Under the pieces are notes generated by a model. It was not told where the DNA came from, made no database searches, and saw only the letters and a program-made list of their open reading frames with translations. Shown here in pieces: positions 25,501 to 43,705 of a DNA stretch of 64,000 bases. Numbering within the stretch: the stretch's first letter is position 1; the number at the start of each line of letters is the position of its first letter. A program made the translations under genes and the position numbers. Source of the stretch: an uncultured Planctomycetota bacterium (GTDB taxonomy: Bacteria; Planctomycetota; Planctomycetia; Isosphaerales; Isosphaeraceae); the NCBI GenBank assembly GCA_963823665.1, contig CAWGMQ010000008.1, positions 1,568,001-1,632,000 of the forward strand, in the 5' to 3' direction.

Positions 25501-28180
25501 AGACGAGAAAGTGCCGTCACCGTCGCTGAGCACGACTTCAACGTTATCAGGATTGATGCGGGCGATCGCCAGGCCGGGGAGGCCGCCGCCGGTGAAATCG
25601 CCCGCCACGATCGCATTCGAACTTCCACCCGGTGTACCGAGCGTGCCTTGAATCGGAAGCTGGAATGTGCCGTCGCCGTTGCCCATAAGAATCGAGTAAT
25701 CATCGCTTCCACTTCCGTTGCCATCGGCGGTCGCCAGGTCGAGGATGCCATTGGCGGTGAAATCGGCGGCGGTGATGGAAACGGGATACACGCCGGAGCC
25801 GAGGGGAATCACATCGGGGGCGTGGAACGTGCCGTTGCCGTTGCCCAGAAGCACGGCGACCGTATCTCCGTAGAAGAAATTGGAGCTCGAGACGACCAGG
25901 TCGGTGAGCCCGTCATTGCGCAGGTCCCCGGCCCAGAGCGTGAGGCTTGTCGGCGCGAAGACGGTTTCACCGAAGGAGATGGTGGAACCCTGGGTGAACG
26001 TGCCGTCGCCGTTGCCCAGGAGCATGGTGACGGAATCGAGGGTGGGCTCGGCGACGACCAGGTCCAGGTCTCCGTTCTTGGTGAAGTTGCCCGCCACGAT
26101 GGCAGTCGGGTAGATGTACGGGTCGCCCGGATTCGCAGTATTCGTGATCTGAATCGTCTGGCCGAGCGTGAATGTCCCGTCGCCGTTGCTCACGAGGATC
26201 GTGACCGAGCTCGAATCGGAATCGACGACGGCCAGGTCGACCCGCCCGTTGTTGGCGAAATCGCCCGCGACGATTCCAGTGGGACTGCTGCCCGGCGGCA
26301 AGGCGATGGTGGAGCTCTGGAACGTGCCGTCGCCGTTGCCCAGGAGGATGGAAACCTCGTCGAGATTGTTGTCGGTGACGGCCAGATCGGTGCGGCCGTC
26401 GTCGTTGAAGTCGGCGGCCACCATGGACGTGGGAAAGCTGCCTGGCGGCAAGGCGACAGTCAAGGGTTGTTGAAACGTGCCGTCCCCATTACCGGGCAGG
26501 ATGGTCACGGTGCTATCGCCCTGGTTCAGGACGGCCAGACCGACGTTGCGATTGCCCGTGAAGTCGCCGGTGACTTCGGCAACCGGGTCATTGCCGACAG
26601 GGGTGCCGGCAGGCTCCTGGAATGTGCCGTCGCCCTTGCCGAGGAGTACCGAGATGTCGGACGAGCCGTAGTTTCCGGTGGCGAGGTCAAGGCGGCCGTT
26701 GGCGGTGAAGTCGCCCGCCACGATCTCGTACGGCCCTGTCCCTGCTGGCACGCCGGCGGCGCTCGTCAAGCCGCTGCCGGTCGTCGCACTGTGGATGGCG
26801 GGCTGGAATGTGCCGTCGCCGTTGCCGAGGAGAACCGAGACGTCCTCGTTGCCGTACTCGGCGACAGCCAGGTCGAGATGGCCGTTGCCGAAGTCGCCCG
26901 CCACGATTGAGTATGGGGTCGCCCCGACGGGCAGAATCGCCACGGGCGTATTCTGGAAGGTGCCATCACCGTTGCCCTCGAGAATGTCGACCGCGTTTAC
27001 GCTCGCGTTGGTCAGAGCCAGATCGGTTTCACCGTTGCCGAAATCGCCAGCGACGATCGACGTCGGAGAGCTGGACGGCAACTCGATGGTTTGCGCGACA
27101 GAGAAACTCCCGCCGCCCTGATTGGTGAGGACCGTGACATCCCCGCTAACGTCGTCGGCAACGGCGAGGAAATGGCCGTCCTGGCCGAAGGCGCCGGCTG
27201 CGATTGACGTCGGGCCCAGCCCGACCTGAATCGGACTCGACTGAGTGAACGTGCCGTCGCCATTGTTCATGAGCACGATCACGTCATCGCCGGCACCGCC
27301 CGTGCCGGAGACGCCCACGGCGAGGTCCGTCTGGCCGTTGCCGAAGTCACCGGCCACGATCGCGTCGGGCGTTCCGGGCACCGACGACAAGCTGATGGTC
27401 GTAGCCGGAAGGAAGGTGCCGTCGCCGTTGCCGAGGGAGATCGAAACGCTGTCCGTATAGGCCAGCGTGATGGCCACATCGAGCTTTTGATCGTTGTTGA
27501 AGTCGCCGACCGCGATCGCGGACGGTCCAGAGGCAGGATTGACGAGCATGGCGTTCGGGTCCGGCGACTCGAACGTCCCATCGCCGGTTCCGATGTGGAC
27601 GCCGTCCGAGGTCACAATGTCCAGCACGCCGTTGCCCGTGAAGTCGCCGACGCCGAGCGGCACGTAGCCGATGCCCTGGTAGTTCGGGGAGAGCGTCACG
27701 GTCTGATTGGGGTCGGATGACGGCGTGAAGGTCGTTGTCAGGCTGTAAGCACCCGAACCCGAAAGGCTCTGCACCTCGAGGAATTCGTCGCCCGCCACGA
27801 CGTGGAAATCGATCGGGTTCACGCCACCGCCTGACTGCCCGTCGCTTTCGACGAGCAAGTCGCCCTGGGAATCGTACAACGAAAGCTGGAGCTCGAGATT
27901 CAGGGGCGCCCGCAGATGTCAGCGCGATGAGACGGCCGTCCGAGGTGGGCTGGATCTCGTAGAAATCGGCCCCACCACTGGACAGATTTCCCGGCGTGGT
28001 CGAATCGATGTTTGTGATCAGGGTTGCACCGGAGAGGACCGATGGCGGCAGAGTGGAGAGCAAGACCCGGTCTTCAAGCCGCGTAGCGGCCGCCGACCAC
28101 CAGAAACGGACGTCGCGGAGCAACCCGCGGCGGTTCGTCACGGTCTTCGGGGCAAGTCGGGGGGACTTGTTGCGAAACAT
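22528..28180 (-). CDS. Large extracellular FG-GAP/VCBS repeat protein with planctomycete leader (frameshift near 27905)
   Basis: RLEDRVLLS leader in ORF 27347-28180; many GDFxGxGxxDLAV...LLGNGDGTF repeats in the 1783-aa ORF. Confidence 0.9.
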
Positions 28181-28225
28181 GTTGGCAGCACCTCGTAGTG
28201 GGCTCGGCGCGATCGACTGGGCCGC

Positions 28226-31809
<3,584 letters not shown>

Positions 31810-32333
31810 GATCTTGCAGCAATTCAGACACGAGGAAAGGTGCCAAGTGATTTCAAGGCCGTCGATGCCGCTGTGCTTCCCAGCACCGTTGCTCGCAAGC
31901 CGTTCTAAACCCGCACACCATCAGGCGGCAGTTTTCCCCGAGGCCTCGTTTGCCTCGCCGCCTCAAACGCAGCCTTTGTTCGCTAGTCTCTAGATTACCA
32001 TGCCGCGCGCTTCAAAATCCATTTGTAATATCAATCTAAAACGGCCTTTGTCCTGCCAGGGGCGTCGATTGTTTCAAGGTGTGAACGCGGGCCTTCGCAA
32101 AAAGTAGCCTAACGCCACGCAGCAATTTGCTTAACAAAGGAAACAACGCCCTCCTCGCGGTCAATTGATTCTTTCGATCAACATACAACTTTTTTTTCCC
32201 GAGGCCGTATGAAAGGGGGGTGTGAACCGCTATGCTCTTATCTTATCACGACGCATGCGTTGCAGCCGAAGTCGAGAAGCAGACAAAAAACAGAATCCAT
32301 GTCATTTCCTCTCCTCAGCGTCCGAGGCGTATC

Positions 32334-33068
32334 ATGAAAAACTTTGCACGAGCATCGATCCCGTCGGCATTGCTTGCGGCCCTGATGGCCGGGATTCTGG
32401 TTCCGAGCGTGGAGGCCGCCGGCGTCCTCGTCATCGGCTCGAACTATGCGGGTTATGTCAGCGGTACCGCGACAGGCACGTACCCAGCAGATGTCGCAAC
32501 CAATGACCTAATTTCAAACTCCAGCACTTTCGACTATGCGCCCTCGCAAGCGGGGCTGCCCACAGGTGGGAAGTACATCTTCACGACTACGACTCAGCAA
32601 CAAACCGCGTCGGTGGCTGTAAATTACCCGACTCCCAACGACTTTAACTCGAGCGGTTGGTCCGCTAATTATGTGGAGGGGGTCAGCGGCGCGTCATTCT
32701 ACGTCCAGATGTCCAAGTCGGGCTCGACAGTTACCATGGAGATTTTTGCCTCTACCAACGGAGGCACAGGAACCACGAAAAGCGGTGCTTACATCGAGTT
32801 GTTTCTCACGAGCACTACATACACAACGGCAACCCTCCCGACGACTCAAGCCGAGCTCAACGAATTCCTGACTACCACTGCCAAGCTGGTGTGGGACCCG
32901 CCGCCGATCAGCGGTCAAGGAAACCCGCCGGGATTGGACGGTGTTGTGAACTATTTTAGTCAGACCGGCAGCGTGCCCGAGCCGTCGAGTTTCGTCTTGG
33001 CGGCGATTGCGAGCTGTGGCCTGGGGTTGGTGATCTCCCGGCGAAAGCTCCGCGCCAGGGTTTCGTAG
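32334..33068 (+). CDS. PEP-CTERM sorting domain protein
   Basis: Signal peptide; Ser/Thr-rich body; C-terminal VPEPSSFVLAAIASCGLGLVISRRKLR. Confidence 0.9.
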   Translation: MKNFARASIPSALLAALMAGILVPSVEAAGVLVIGSNYAGYVSGTATGTYPADVATNDLISNSSTFDYAPSQAGLPTGGKYIFTTTTQQQTASVAVNYPTPNDFNSSGWSANYVEGVSGASFYVQMSKSGSTVTMEIFASTNGGTGTTKSGAYIELFLTSTTYTTATLPTTQAELNEFLTTTAKLVWDPPPISGQGNPPGLDGVVNYFSQTGSVPEPSSFVLAAIASCGLGLVISRRKLRARVS

Positions 33069-33076
33069 AGTCACTC

Positions 33077-35271
33077 TCAGTCGACGAAAATGAACTCACT
33101 GGTGTTGAAAAGCACCCGGCACGTATTGGCCAGGCCATGCTTCGCTGCATAGTCAAGCAGGGAATCGAGCTCGGATTGAGCTGGCTCGCGAGCGACTACG
33201 ACGCGAAAAGTAAACGCGAGCTGGACACGAATGCTGGGTGACATCTGCTCCGCCCGGAGCGCGAGCTCTTGTGACTGCCGCAGAATGAAGACGTCGTTCC
33301 AGAGCGCGAGAGCTTGGAGTGCGGTCAGGGTCTGGCTGCGCACCGGCGTGTTCAGGTTCGGGTCGGCACAGTCGAGTGCTTCCATGAACGGGTTGGGGAC
33401 GCTGCGGACGATGAAGCGATAGATCGCGCGGCGGCGCACCTCCGGTGCATCGATCCTGGCGGGGTCGGAATGATCGTAGATCGGTGAGTGGTCGTCCTTG
33501 AACGAAAACGCTTCGAATCCGGGCCCGCCCATCCTGCGGTCGAGGGTGCCGGAGACGGCCAGCACGCTGTCGCGCACGGATTCGGCGTCAAGCCGGCGGC
33601 GATTTTGGCGCCAGAGGAAGCGGTTATCTGCGTCGATCGCCGCGCAGGCGGGGTTGTCGTTCGACACCTGTCGATAAGCGGCGCTCGAGACAATGAGGCG
33701 ATGGAGGGCCTTCAGCGATTGGCCGTTATCGCGGACCGCGGTCGCCAGCCAGTCAAGCAGCTCGGGATGACTGGGCTGCGCGCCGTTGCGGCCGAAGTCG
33801 TTGGGCGTCTCGACGATGCCGCGGCCGAAGTGATAGTGCCAGAGACGGTTGGCAATCGAACGCCAGGTGAGGACGTTCTTCGGACTCGCGAGCCATTCGG
33901 CGAGCGCGGAGCGCCGACTTCCTTCGTCGGAAGGATTGGGCAGGTCAAACGAAGCCGGAAGGAATGGCATGCAGGCGAGCGCCCCCGGAAGGGCAGGTGT
34001 TCCCGGCTGATCGACTTCCCCGCGGCGCAGGACGGCGATCGGACGAGGAGCGTGTTGCTGGATGGAATAGACCAGGTCTCCCTGAGGAAGGGCCTTTCGC
34101 TCATCTTCGAGAGCGTTACGGCGGGTGCTCAGCGTCGCGATTCGGTACGGCCGGTCGCCGCGATCGACGCCGGAGAAAACGGCCTGAAGTCGGTAGTAGT
34201 CGGATTGAGGGATCGGGTCGAACTTGTGATCGTGGCAGCGGGCGCAGTGGACAGTCAAGCTTACGAACGTTGAGATCGTGCTCGAGACCATGTCGTCGCG
34301 GTCGAGGAGCCGCGTTTTGAGCTTGTCGATGGTCCCTTCCCGCAGCTCCACATGGCCGACGAAATCCCACGGGCCGGCGGCGATGAACCCGGTTGCGATC
34401 ACACCGGTCGGGTCGCCCGGGAACAGCACATCGCCGGCGACTTGCTCGCGGATGAACCGGCCGTAGGGAAGGTCGCGATTGAAGGCCGCGATCACGTAGT
34501 CGCGATACGGCCAGGCATGGTCCCGGCGCTTGTCCTTGTCGTAGCCGTGCGTGTCACCGTAATGGGCCACGTCAAGCCAGTGCCGCCCCCATCGTTCGCC
34601 ATAATGAGGGCTGGCCAGCAGCCGATCAACCAGGGTTTCATAAGCGTTCGGGGAGTCATCCTTCAGAAACTGCTCGACCTCCTCGGGCGCGGGGGCAGGC
34701 CGATCAGGTCGAATGACAGCCGGCGGATGAGCGTGCGCCGATCCGCCTCGGGGCTTGGCTTCAGACCATGTTTTTCGAGGTTCGCCAGAATGAACGCATC
34801 GATCGGCGTGCGGATCCAGGTCGAAGGTGAACCGGGAGGCGTGGGGGTTTCGAGCGGCTCAAACGCCCACCAGCTCTGGCCTTCGAGCCGCCGATCGACG
34901 AGCTTCAGCCCCGCGGGCCAAGCCGCGCCGGCTTCGATCCAGTTGCGGATGCCGGCCACTTCTTCCCTGGAGAGCGGCTTACCCTTCTGGGGCATCGCGG
35001 GCTTGGCGCCGGAGATCATTTCCAGGAGGAGGCTCTCGCCGGGTTTTCCCGGCACGATCGCCGGCCCGCCGTCGCCGCCTTTGAATGCTGCGGAGGCCGT
35101 CGCCAGGGACAGGTTGGCCTTCTGTGTCGAATCGCCGTGACAATGGAGGCGGCGCTGTTCGAGGATCGGAGCGATCCGGCTGCGGAAAGCATCGTCGTCG
35201 GCTCCGGAGGCAAACGGCGCATTCGAAAGCGCGATCACGGTCACGAGACCGAAGCCGAGGATCGCCTTCAT
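33077..35271 (-). CDS. Planctomycete cytochrome c + DUF1549/DUF1553 (PSCyt2/PSD1) protein (frameshift near 34690)
   Basis: IDAFILA, LIRRLSFDLIGLPP, YGERWGRHWLD, CARCHDHKFDP, PSHPELLDWLA, QALALWN. Confidence 0.92.
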
Positions 35272-35613
35272 TACGCTGAGCATCAAGCTTCGAGACACGG
35301 AGTCACGCCGGAAGCAGCGATAGTACCGCGTGCGGGTTTGCATCATTCGACCGTAAGTCGATGGGGCGGGAGAGTCGATAGACCCCGGAAAGCTGGACAC
35401 AAACCAACATCTTACTGTAACTCGGGCTCAAAATATCAGAGTCAGGCGTGGTGCAGCTACCTTCTTTGTCATCGTTCCGGCCTCAACACACGACAGGCGA
35501 AGCAACCAAACTATTATTTCGTGGCCGCGCCAGATTTCGCAACCTGATCGGGCAGCTCTTCGCTCAAGCGCCAACGCCCAGGGCCGGTGTATCGCAGACG
35601 GACGTCCGAAGCC

Positions 35614-37679
35614 TCAGTCATTCGGCTGCGTGAGCGGCCCGATGCGGTGGATGTTGTTATTGATGATCACGCCGTTGCGCCCGGCGACGTCTCGCTTGGG
35701 CGACATGGCCAACACATGTGAGCGAATCCCGATCTCGAGGTGGCCGATGGGCTGACCGACGATCGACGAGTAACTCATCGACTTGAACTTGACCAGGTTC
35801 AAGTTGCCCGTGTCATTCAGGACCATGCCTGTCGCCGTGCCGCCGCGGACGGACTGTACGCTGCCCTGGATATCGATCACGGCCGTTCCCGCCAAATCGG
35901 GACGGAAGGTCTCGGAGAGGCCCGCCAGCGCGTTCGGGTAGTCGAACGTGAAGTAGCCGTTTTCCGTATCGACGGTGTTGGTGCCGCCAGAAGCGCTCAG
36001 AACCAGAGCAAGGCTTTGATCGATGCTGCCCAGGGCAGGGCCTGGAGGGCTGGTGGCCGGTTGGTCGGGGGGCACGTTGATGTAAGCGTTGAACTGTTTG
36101 ACTGCGGTGTTCGCGAGTGCAGTCAGCGAATTACTCAGGACCGAGCCCTGGCCCTTGACGGTCGCGACTGACGCCGTGCTCACGGCCTGAATGCCGAGCT
36201 GGGTCTGGTCCGGCTGTGTGCTGTCCAGGTGAGCTGCAACCGTCGCAAAGACACTGTTTGTGCCGGGCGAGCTGGTAAGTCCTCCCAGCAGCGTGAATTG
36301 CGCTTGGGGAGTGAACGGCTGCGGATTGCCGGTGGCCTGGTGGGCGATCCCGGATGAAAGGCTCGCGGGAAGGTTGATTGCGTAGAGTTGGTTGGTCTGG
36401 TAACTGCCGAGCACGGTCAAAGTGTCAGTTCCAGCGACCGAGTTGATGGGCAGAGATCCGATGAACGAACCCACATCCGTGAACGACCCTACGAACGCCT
36501 CCGAGGTTGCGTTGTATGCGTACACGGTCGTACCCGAGCTGACGAGGAGGACGCGCTGGGAGCCGTTCCAGGCCAGGTCGAGCCCGGCGGCCGCGGGATC
36601 GCCGGGGACGCTGATCGGTGGGGCCGACGTATCCACAACAGCCGTCTTCGTGTTCAGGTTGAGATCGAAGCGGATGATCTCGCCCGTCGTGGGATCGTAG
36701 CCGTAAATCTTGGGGTCGGTCTGGAGGTTAACGGCGCGCTGAGCTTGGCACCCTGGACTCGATTGACCTTGAGGATGATACCGGGCGGGGCAGGGGGCAC
36801 CGTGTAAATTGAAGACCCGGTCGGCAGCGGCTCGACGATGTTGCCGGCGGAAGCGAATTCGCCCGCGACACCGGTGAGCGTCTGCGAGCCGTTACCGTTG
36901 CTGACGTAGGTGGTGGTGACACCGCCTGGATTAGTGATCGAGGTGGATTGGAGGGCCTCGAGCGTCGTGATTGACGAAGACGAGGTGCTCGTGGTGGTCG
37001 CGAATGCACGGAATATGGTGATGGTGGCGCTGCCGCCGCTGGTGGTGCCGCTACTGCCGGTGGTGGTGCCGGAAGTCGAGCTGCCCGCAGCCGATGTGCC
37101 CACCAGCAGCGAGCTGGTCGGAAGGGTCGTGGTGGTCGACGGAGGCGGCGGTAGCGTGCGGAGGTTGATCTGGGTGTCCGCGCCGATCGAGTCGAGGTTC
37201 AACGAGTTCACACCGGGCGTCAGATTGATTCTGCCGCCATCGATCAGGTCGAACGGGCTGAGCAGGAACGACTCCGCCACGTCGCCGCCCTGGCCGCTCA
37301 AGCTGTTCGAGGCCCCGGCGGCGATGAGCCGGCCGTTCTGGATGCTCTCGAGCGGCGCATGGCCGCCCCCGCCGGTTACCGTGCCGACGATCTTCGAGTA
37401 GGCATTGGTGTCATCGTACACCAGCTCGAGTGCGCCCGAGGGAGTCAGACCGGTTCCCAGCAGGTTGCCCAACCCGACCACATGGATCACCGCGTGGCCG
37501 CGGGTGGGAGTCGTGTATGAGAAGATGCGATTGTCGCCCGAGAACACCCCGCTCGAAGCGCTAGCCGCAACAGCGGCCGCGGACGCCCGGCTGAGGAGCT
37601 TGCGTTCTTCCAACCCTTCGAGAGTGGGCCGGGTTCGTTTCGCCTGTGTTTTCCGACTGCTCGACGACCTGAGCGTCAT
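35614..37679 (-). CDS. Extracellular protein with planctomycete leader (frameshift near 36730)
   Basis: RPTLEGLEERKLLS leader; Ser/Thr-rich linker; a single missing base joins ORFs 36654-37679 and 35614-36636. Confidence 0.8.
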
Positions 37680-38192
37680 CGCGATCCTCCCGATGACCGA
37701 CTCGCCAACTGGTCACGCACCGCCACACCCGGCGGGACATCCTGGTTCGACCTCACTAATCAATTCGGCAAACGGAACCCCCGGCATAACCCAACTTCCA
37801 GGATTTCCCCACACGACGCACACTGCGGTCCAGTCATCCCGGCGACACTTAAACTCGAGCGATGAGAAAGCCGACAGCTCGAGTTTTGCGTGCTCGCCGT
37901 ATTACCCAAGCGCAGACCTCTCAAGGGCATAAGCACGGCGGGACAGCTTCATCGCGGGCTGCGAGGTGGATGTCGCGACCCCCGATTGCGTGGCGCACGA
38001 GAGCCGCACAATCAGCGTCGCCGGGCGCGATGTCCCTAGCACACGGGCCGTCGCAGGGGTAAACTCGGCGAAAACCCCTTGTTCCCAAGCGCGGGAATGG
38101 AGAGGCGCCAATCTGCATCGAGGGGATCGCGCGAAGACCATGCCGTGGGTATGGCATCGATACGAGATGACAAAGTTAAAGGAGAATCGATA

Positions 38193-38984
38193 GTGCTGCG
38201 CCGTTGTCTCACACTCGCCGTTTCGTGTTGCTTCGTACTGGCCCTGACCCTCTTACCCGTCGAATTGCTGTCTGCGCAGGACGCGGTCAAGAAAGTGGAT
38301 CAGGCGCCAGCCGTCAAAGCCGAGGTAGTTCAGAAAGAAACCACAAAGCCCGACGCACCCAAGAGTGCCGAACCGGCGAAGGATGACGCCGCCAAGAAGG
38401 ATGCAGGAAAGACGGAGCCCCCCAAGGCGGCCGAACCGCCGTTGCCGCCGATTCCGCCCGAGGTCCAGGCGAAGATTGACGCAGCCCGCAAGGCTGTTGC
38501 GGAGATGATCGTCGCTTGCCAGGACGCCGGTCTGGTCGAAACCTCAATCGACCCGCCACCAATCCTCGACATTCTGATCACTGGCCGGGCGGTCGACGCT
38601 CGCATTCTGAAGGGCCCGAAGCCGCCGGGCCTACCGTACGGCTTGACCCCCGAGGTTTTCGGCGCCTGGTTCACCAGCTACGGGAAAATGGACGAGATCA
38701 ACTACAAGGACGACGTCCGAGTGATGCAGCCGAGCGCTGGGCTCAAGCAGTGGTACGACCAGCGCGCACGGATTCTCGAGCAATACATTCAGGAAATCCG
38801 CAAGACCAAACCCGCTCCTACCCCCAAGAAGGACGAAACCAAGCCGGCCTCGACCAAGCCCGCCGACGCAGCCAAGCCCGCCGCGACCGCGCCGGCTGAG
38901 CCAGCCAAGCCCGCCGCGCCACCGCCGGCTGCGCCAGCTACGAAAGCCGCGGCGCCCAAGGCGGCCGAGGTGAAGAAGAACTGA
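38193..38984 (+). CDS. Secreted hypothetical protein with Pro/Ala/Lys-rich flanks
   Basis: GGAG RBS before GTG; signal peptide ending LSAQ; globular core ETSIDPPPILDILITG. Confidence 0.75.
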   Translation: MLRRCLTLAVSCCFVLALTLLPVELLSAQDAVKKVDQAPAVKAEVVQKETTKPDAPKSAEPAKDDAAKKDAGKTEPPKAAEPPLPPIPPEVQAKIDAARKAVAEMIVACQDAGLVETSIDPPPILDILITGRAVDARILKGPKPPGLPYGLTPEVFGAWFTSYGKMDEINYKDDVRVMQPSAGLKQWYDQRARILEQYIQEIRKTKPAPTPKKDETKPASTKPADAAKPAATAPAEPAKPAAPPPAAPATKAAAPKAAEVKKN

Positions 38985-39362
38985 GCCCGGACGCTAATCA
39001 ATCTCAAGGAGTTGCGACCACATCCGGACGCGGGGCGGCCGAGAAACAAAGTGCCGACCCCGCGTGCCGGCGGTTTTTGCACCTTTGGTCCCTGTGAACG
39101 GCGCTCTGAGCCAGGCGCACGCGACGCTGCGCGGGTGGATCGAGCCCGGCTCAGCCTGCACTTTGGTGAATTCGTGCTTGAAAGACGGGCGCCTGTCCAC
39201 GAGAATGGACCGTGCATCTTTCCGTTCGTGAGCCATCCCGAAGGAATGAGCGAAGATCAAAGGGCGGCGCCCCGCCGCGCTCTTGATCGTCGGACGCTCA
39301 ACCCTCGTTTTGCTCCCATCGGTGTTTGATCGCGCCGACATTCCCAGATCGAGTGTGCCGCC

Positions 39363-40304
39363 GTGATGCCGAGTGTCGTGTCCAGAACGACTGCGCCTTT
39401 CCCGTTCTTATCGCTGGCGTGCGAAGCAGGCCGGCGATTGGGGGCGGTGGGCGTGCTCATCATCGCCGAAGGACCGGTGGATTGGGACATCGTGCGGGTG
39501 ATGAGCAGCAGTGACATGCCCATCCTTGTTGCCAGCGATTCTCCGCGACAGATCGAGGCAATTCGAAAAGGCGGATTGGTTGCAATCGAAGTCGAACCGA
39601 GTGAGGTGGCGATCTCCGAGAGAATCAGCCTGGCTCTGATCGAGGCCGTTGCGAACGATCTGCTTCAGGCGGGCGCGCGAGTGGTCGTGGTGTACTCTGG
39701 ATTCGAGGCCGAGGAACTCGACTCACTGACCGTGATCCGGCTGGGAGAGCACCTCGAGCAGCTCACGGCGCGCGATCTGAGGGCGCTCGAGACGTCGGTT
39801 CCATTCGAAACGCTCAAGGCGGTGGTTGACACTGCGATCGAGATCGGACGCGAAGGGCGCGAGGGCAAGCCGGTCGGAACCCTGATCGTGGTGGGTGATG
39901 CACGCAATGTGATGCTGAGGACGCGACAGCTCGGGTTCGATCCGTTCAAGGGATACAAGCGCAAAGAGCGTAATGTACGCGACTTTCGGGTGCGCGAGGC
40001 GATCAAGGAAATTGCCCAGCTCGACGGCGCGTTCGTGGTGACGCGAGACGGAACGGTTGAAGCGGCGTGCCGGCTCATTGACGCTCCGATGAGCGGGCTC
40101 ACGCTGCCGAAAGGGCTCGGGAGCCGGCACTGGGCCGCGGCGGCGATCACCGAGGTGACGAAGTCGGTCGGCGTGGTGGTCAGCCAGTCGAATGGCACCG
40201 TCAGGCTGTTCCAGAGCGGAGACATCATCCTCCGGATCGCCCCCATGCGACACGCCCGGGCGATGAAGTGGCAGGACGCTGAGATCGAGCCGGCGCCGGC
40301 CTGA
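39363..40304 (+). CDS. Diadenylate cyclase (DisA_N/DAC domain, DacZ-like architecture)
   Basis: EGREGKPVGTL, LDGAFVV, GLGSRHWAAA, VVSQSNG. Confidence 0.9.
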   Translation: MMPSVVSRTTAPFPFLSLACEAGRRLGAVGVLIIAEGPVDWDIVRVMSSSDMPILVASDSPRQIEAIRKGGLVAIEVEPSEVAISERISLALIEAVANDLLQAGARVVVVYSGFEAEELDSLTVIRLGEHLEQLTARDLRALETSVPFETLKAVVDTAIEIGREGREGKPVGTLIVVGDARNVMLRTRQLGFDPFKGYKRKERNVRDFRVREAIKEIAQLDGAFVVTRDGTVEAACRLIDAPMSGLTLPKGLGSRHWAAAAITEVTKSVGVVVSQSNGTVRLFQSGDIILRIAPMRHARAMKWQDAEIEPAPA

Positions 40305-40401
40305 ACGAAGACTTTCGGCGAGCGAGCGCCAGAGGCATGGTCCCGCGCGTCGCTGGTGTGAGGGAACCGGGCCCCGGCAACTCAAGGTAAGAACTGCCAA
40401 A

Positions 40402-41202
40402 ATGATTTCGCCCACTTCGCGACTGGTCGAACCGTTTCTGCGGCTGGTCTACGGCCCGCCACTACCTGGGAGGACCGCGCAGGCGGCGGCCGACGGCCAA
40501 GGTGCGCTGAGAGCGGCGGGGGGTTTGGTGCTCGTGGCCGACGGTGTGGGCGGATTCGACGTGTGCGGGACCGCGATGCGTTATGTTCTGGCGGCGGAGA
40601 AGCTGCCGTATGCCGTCGAGATTGTTTCGTGGGGCCATGGCTTCGGGCGCTGGCTCGCCGACCTGACGAGCGCTCGCAATCGCGACGAGAAAGCCGGGCT
40701 CCTGGCCAGGAGCGTGCAGCGATACAAGGCGGAACGGCCGATGGATCTGGTTTACCTCGTGGCCAAGTCGGGAGGAGCGGGCGTAGTAGTCAAGGCGCTC
40801 GAGCTGATCGGGGAGAAGCAAGTGGAACGGGCGGTTCTGCTTGCGCCTGCGCTTTCGCCTGACTACGACCTCTCATGCGCGCTCCGCGCGGTCCGCCATG
40901 AGATGGTTGTTTTCTGGTCCCCGCTTGATGTGTTCATGCTGGGAATGGGAACGAAGGTATTCGGGACGGTTGATCGCGTGCGGACCGCTGCGGCGGGGTT
41001 AGTCGGGTTTCGAGTGCCGGCCGCTGAAGAAAAAACGCGTGAAAACAATGGCGGAGAATACGACAAACTGCGCCAGATACGCTGGCGTCCGCAGATGGCA
41101 ACCGCGCTCTATCTCGGAGGCCATTTCGGAACGGATAGTCCTTTATTTCTGCGGAAATACGTGGCGCCGCTGCTTCGGCCTCCAGAGGCTTCGAGAAGTT
41201 GA
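40402..41202 (+). CDS. Alpha/beta hydrolase fold protein
   Basis: YLVAKSGGAGV nucleophile elbow; VLLAPALS; SPLD; GGH. Confidence 0.75.
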   Translation: MISPTSRLVEPFLRLVYGPPLPGRTAQAAADGQGALRAAGGLVLVADGVGGFDVCGTAMRYVLAAEKLPYAVEIVSWGHGFGRWLADLTSARNRDEKAGLLARSVQRYKAERPMDLVYLVAKSGGAGVVVKALELIGEKQVERAVLLAPALSPDYDLSCALRAVRHEMVVFWSPLDVFMLGMGTKVFGTVDRVRTAAAGLVGFRVPAAEEKTRENNGGEYDKLRQIRWRPQMATALYLGGHFGTDSPLFLRKYVAPLLRPPEASRS

Positions 41203-41749
41203 ATCGGTGGCGAGTGTCAAGCTCTGCGCGCGGTGGGTCGATATCCCTATTGCCCGGGCAGCGCGAGTCCTCGTGGCTTATCGCTGACCGGTATGTCGCT
41301 CAGGTTCGATCTGACCCGTGCGCGTCGCAGCCAGCGGGGAGACGCCTCAAAAACGTTTCCGCCGGGTTGTGTGCGGCCGGGTCCGGTCGGACTTATCCTC
41401 CAGGAGCGACAGATCGACCCGCCCGGGTCGACGAGAGCGCCCAGGCCGCCGCCAGCGACGCGATCGCGCGTGTACAAAGCCGGCTGCGGCCCGGGCGCTC
41501 GTGACCTCGAGGGCCGAGAGAGCGTGCATTTCGCGATCGACGACAATTCGGCGCCCTCCAGAACTGGCACCGTGAAGCCGCAACGCGCGGCGGCCTCCGC
41601 CTTTTCAGCGGGACATCGTCCTTGACCCTCGCGCCATGAAGGTGCGGAGCCGCCCCGCATTGATTCCCCACTCGCGCTGGAAGATCACCGGCGTCTCCAC
41701 TAGCCGCGAGAGCGGGAACACAGCGGATTCCACACGATCTAAAGTATGA

Positions 41750-43222
<1,473 letters not shown>

Positions 43223-43240
43223 GCTCCGCATCGCGCCGAT

Positions 43241-43627
43241 TCAAACCCCAGCGGAAACGACCGAAGGTGCTCGCGTCGGCTGGCTGGGATCGGTGCGCGC
43301 AAGGAGCCGGCGACGGAATTTGAGGTGTCGGCGCCGGGTGGTCTCGACCAGGGGCCGCCAGACCCGAGCGGTCAGCTTGCGACGGATCAGGAAGTGCCAG
43401 AGGAAGTCCCAGTACGACACCTCCCATTCAGGCTGAGTCGCGCCCGCAATGCTCGTCAGCGCCAACGTCGGAGTCAGAACGTGTTTACCGAAACTCGCAT
43501 AACCATCCTTGGGATAAAACGGATTGATCAAGAGAGCTCGTCGTGGCCGTACTGGGCCAACCGCAGCCCCGAGATCCAATCGGGGCGGAACGCGCATCTC
43601 CCGGGGAATCCAAGGTGCTTTCACCAT
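43241..43627 (-). pseudogene. B12-binding radical SAM gene reduced to N- and C-termini
   Basis: RALLINPFYPK...TPTLALTSIAGAT...VSYWD fused in frame at 43405/43406 to FLWHFLIRR...VVSAGV; no CxxxCxxC. Confidence 0.65.
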
Positions 43628-43705
43628 GAGCGCCAAACCCTCTTGCATCGAAATCGCCGGAAGCTCGGATAAACGAGCCGAGTCGCACGGTCTGCAATAC
43701 AATGT

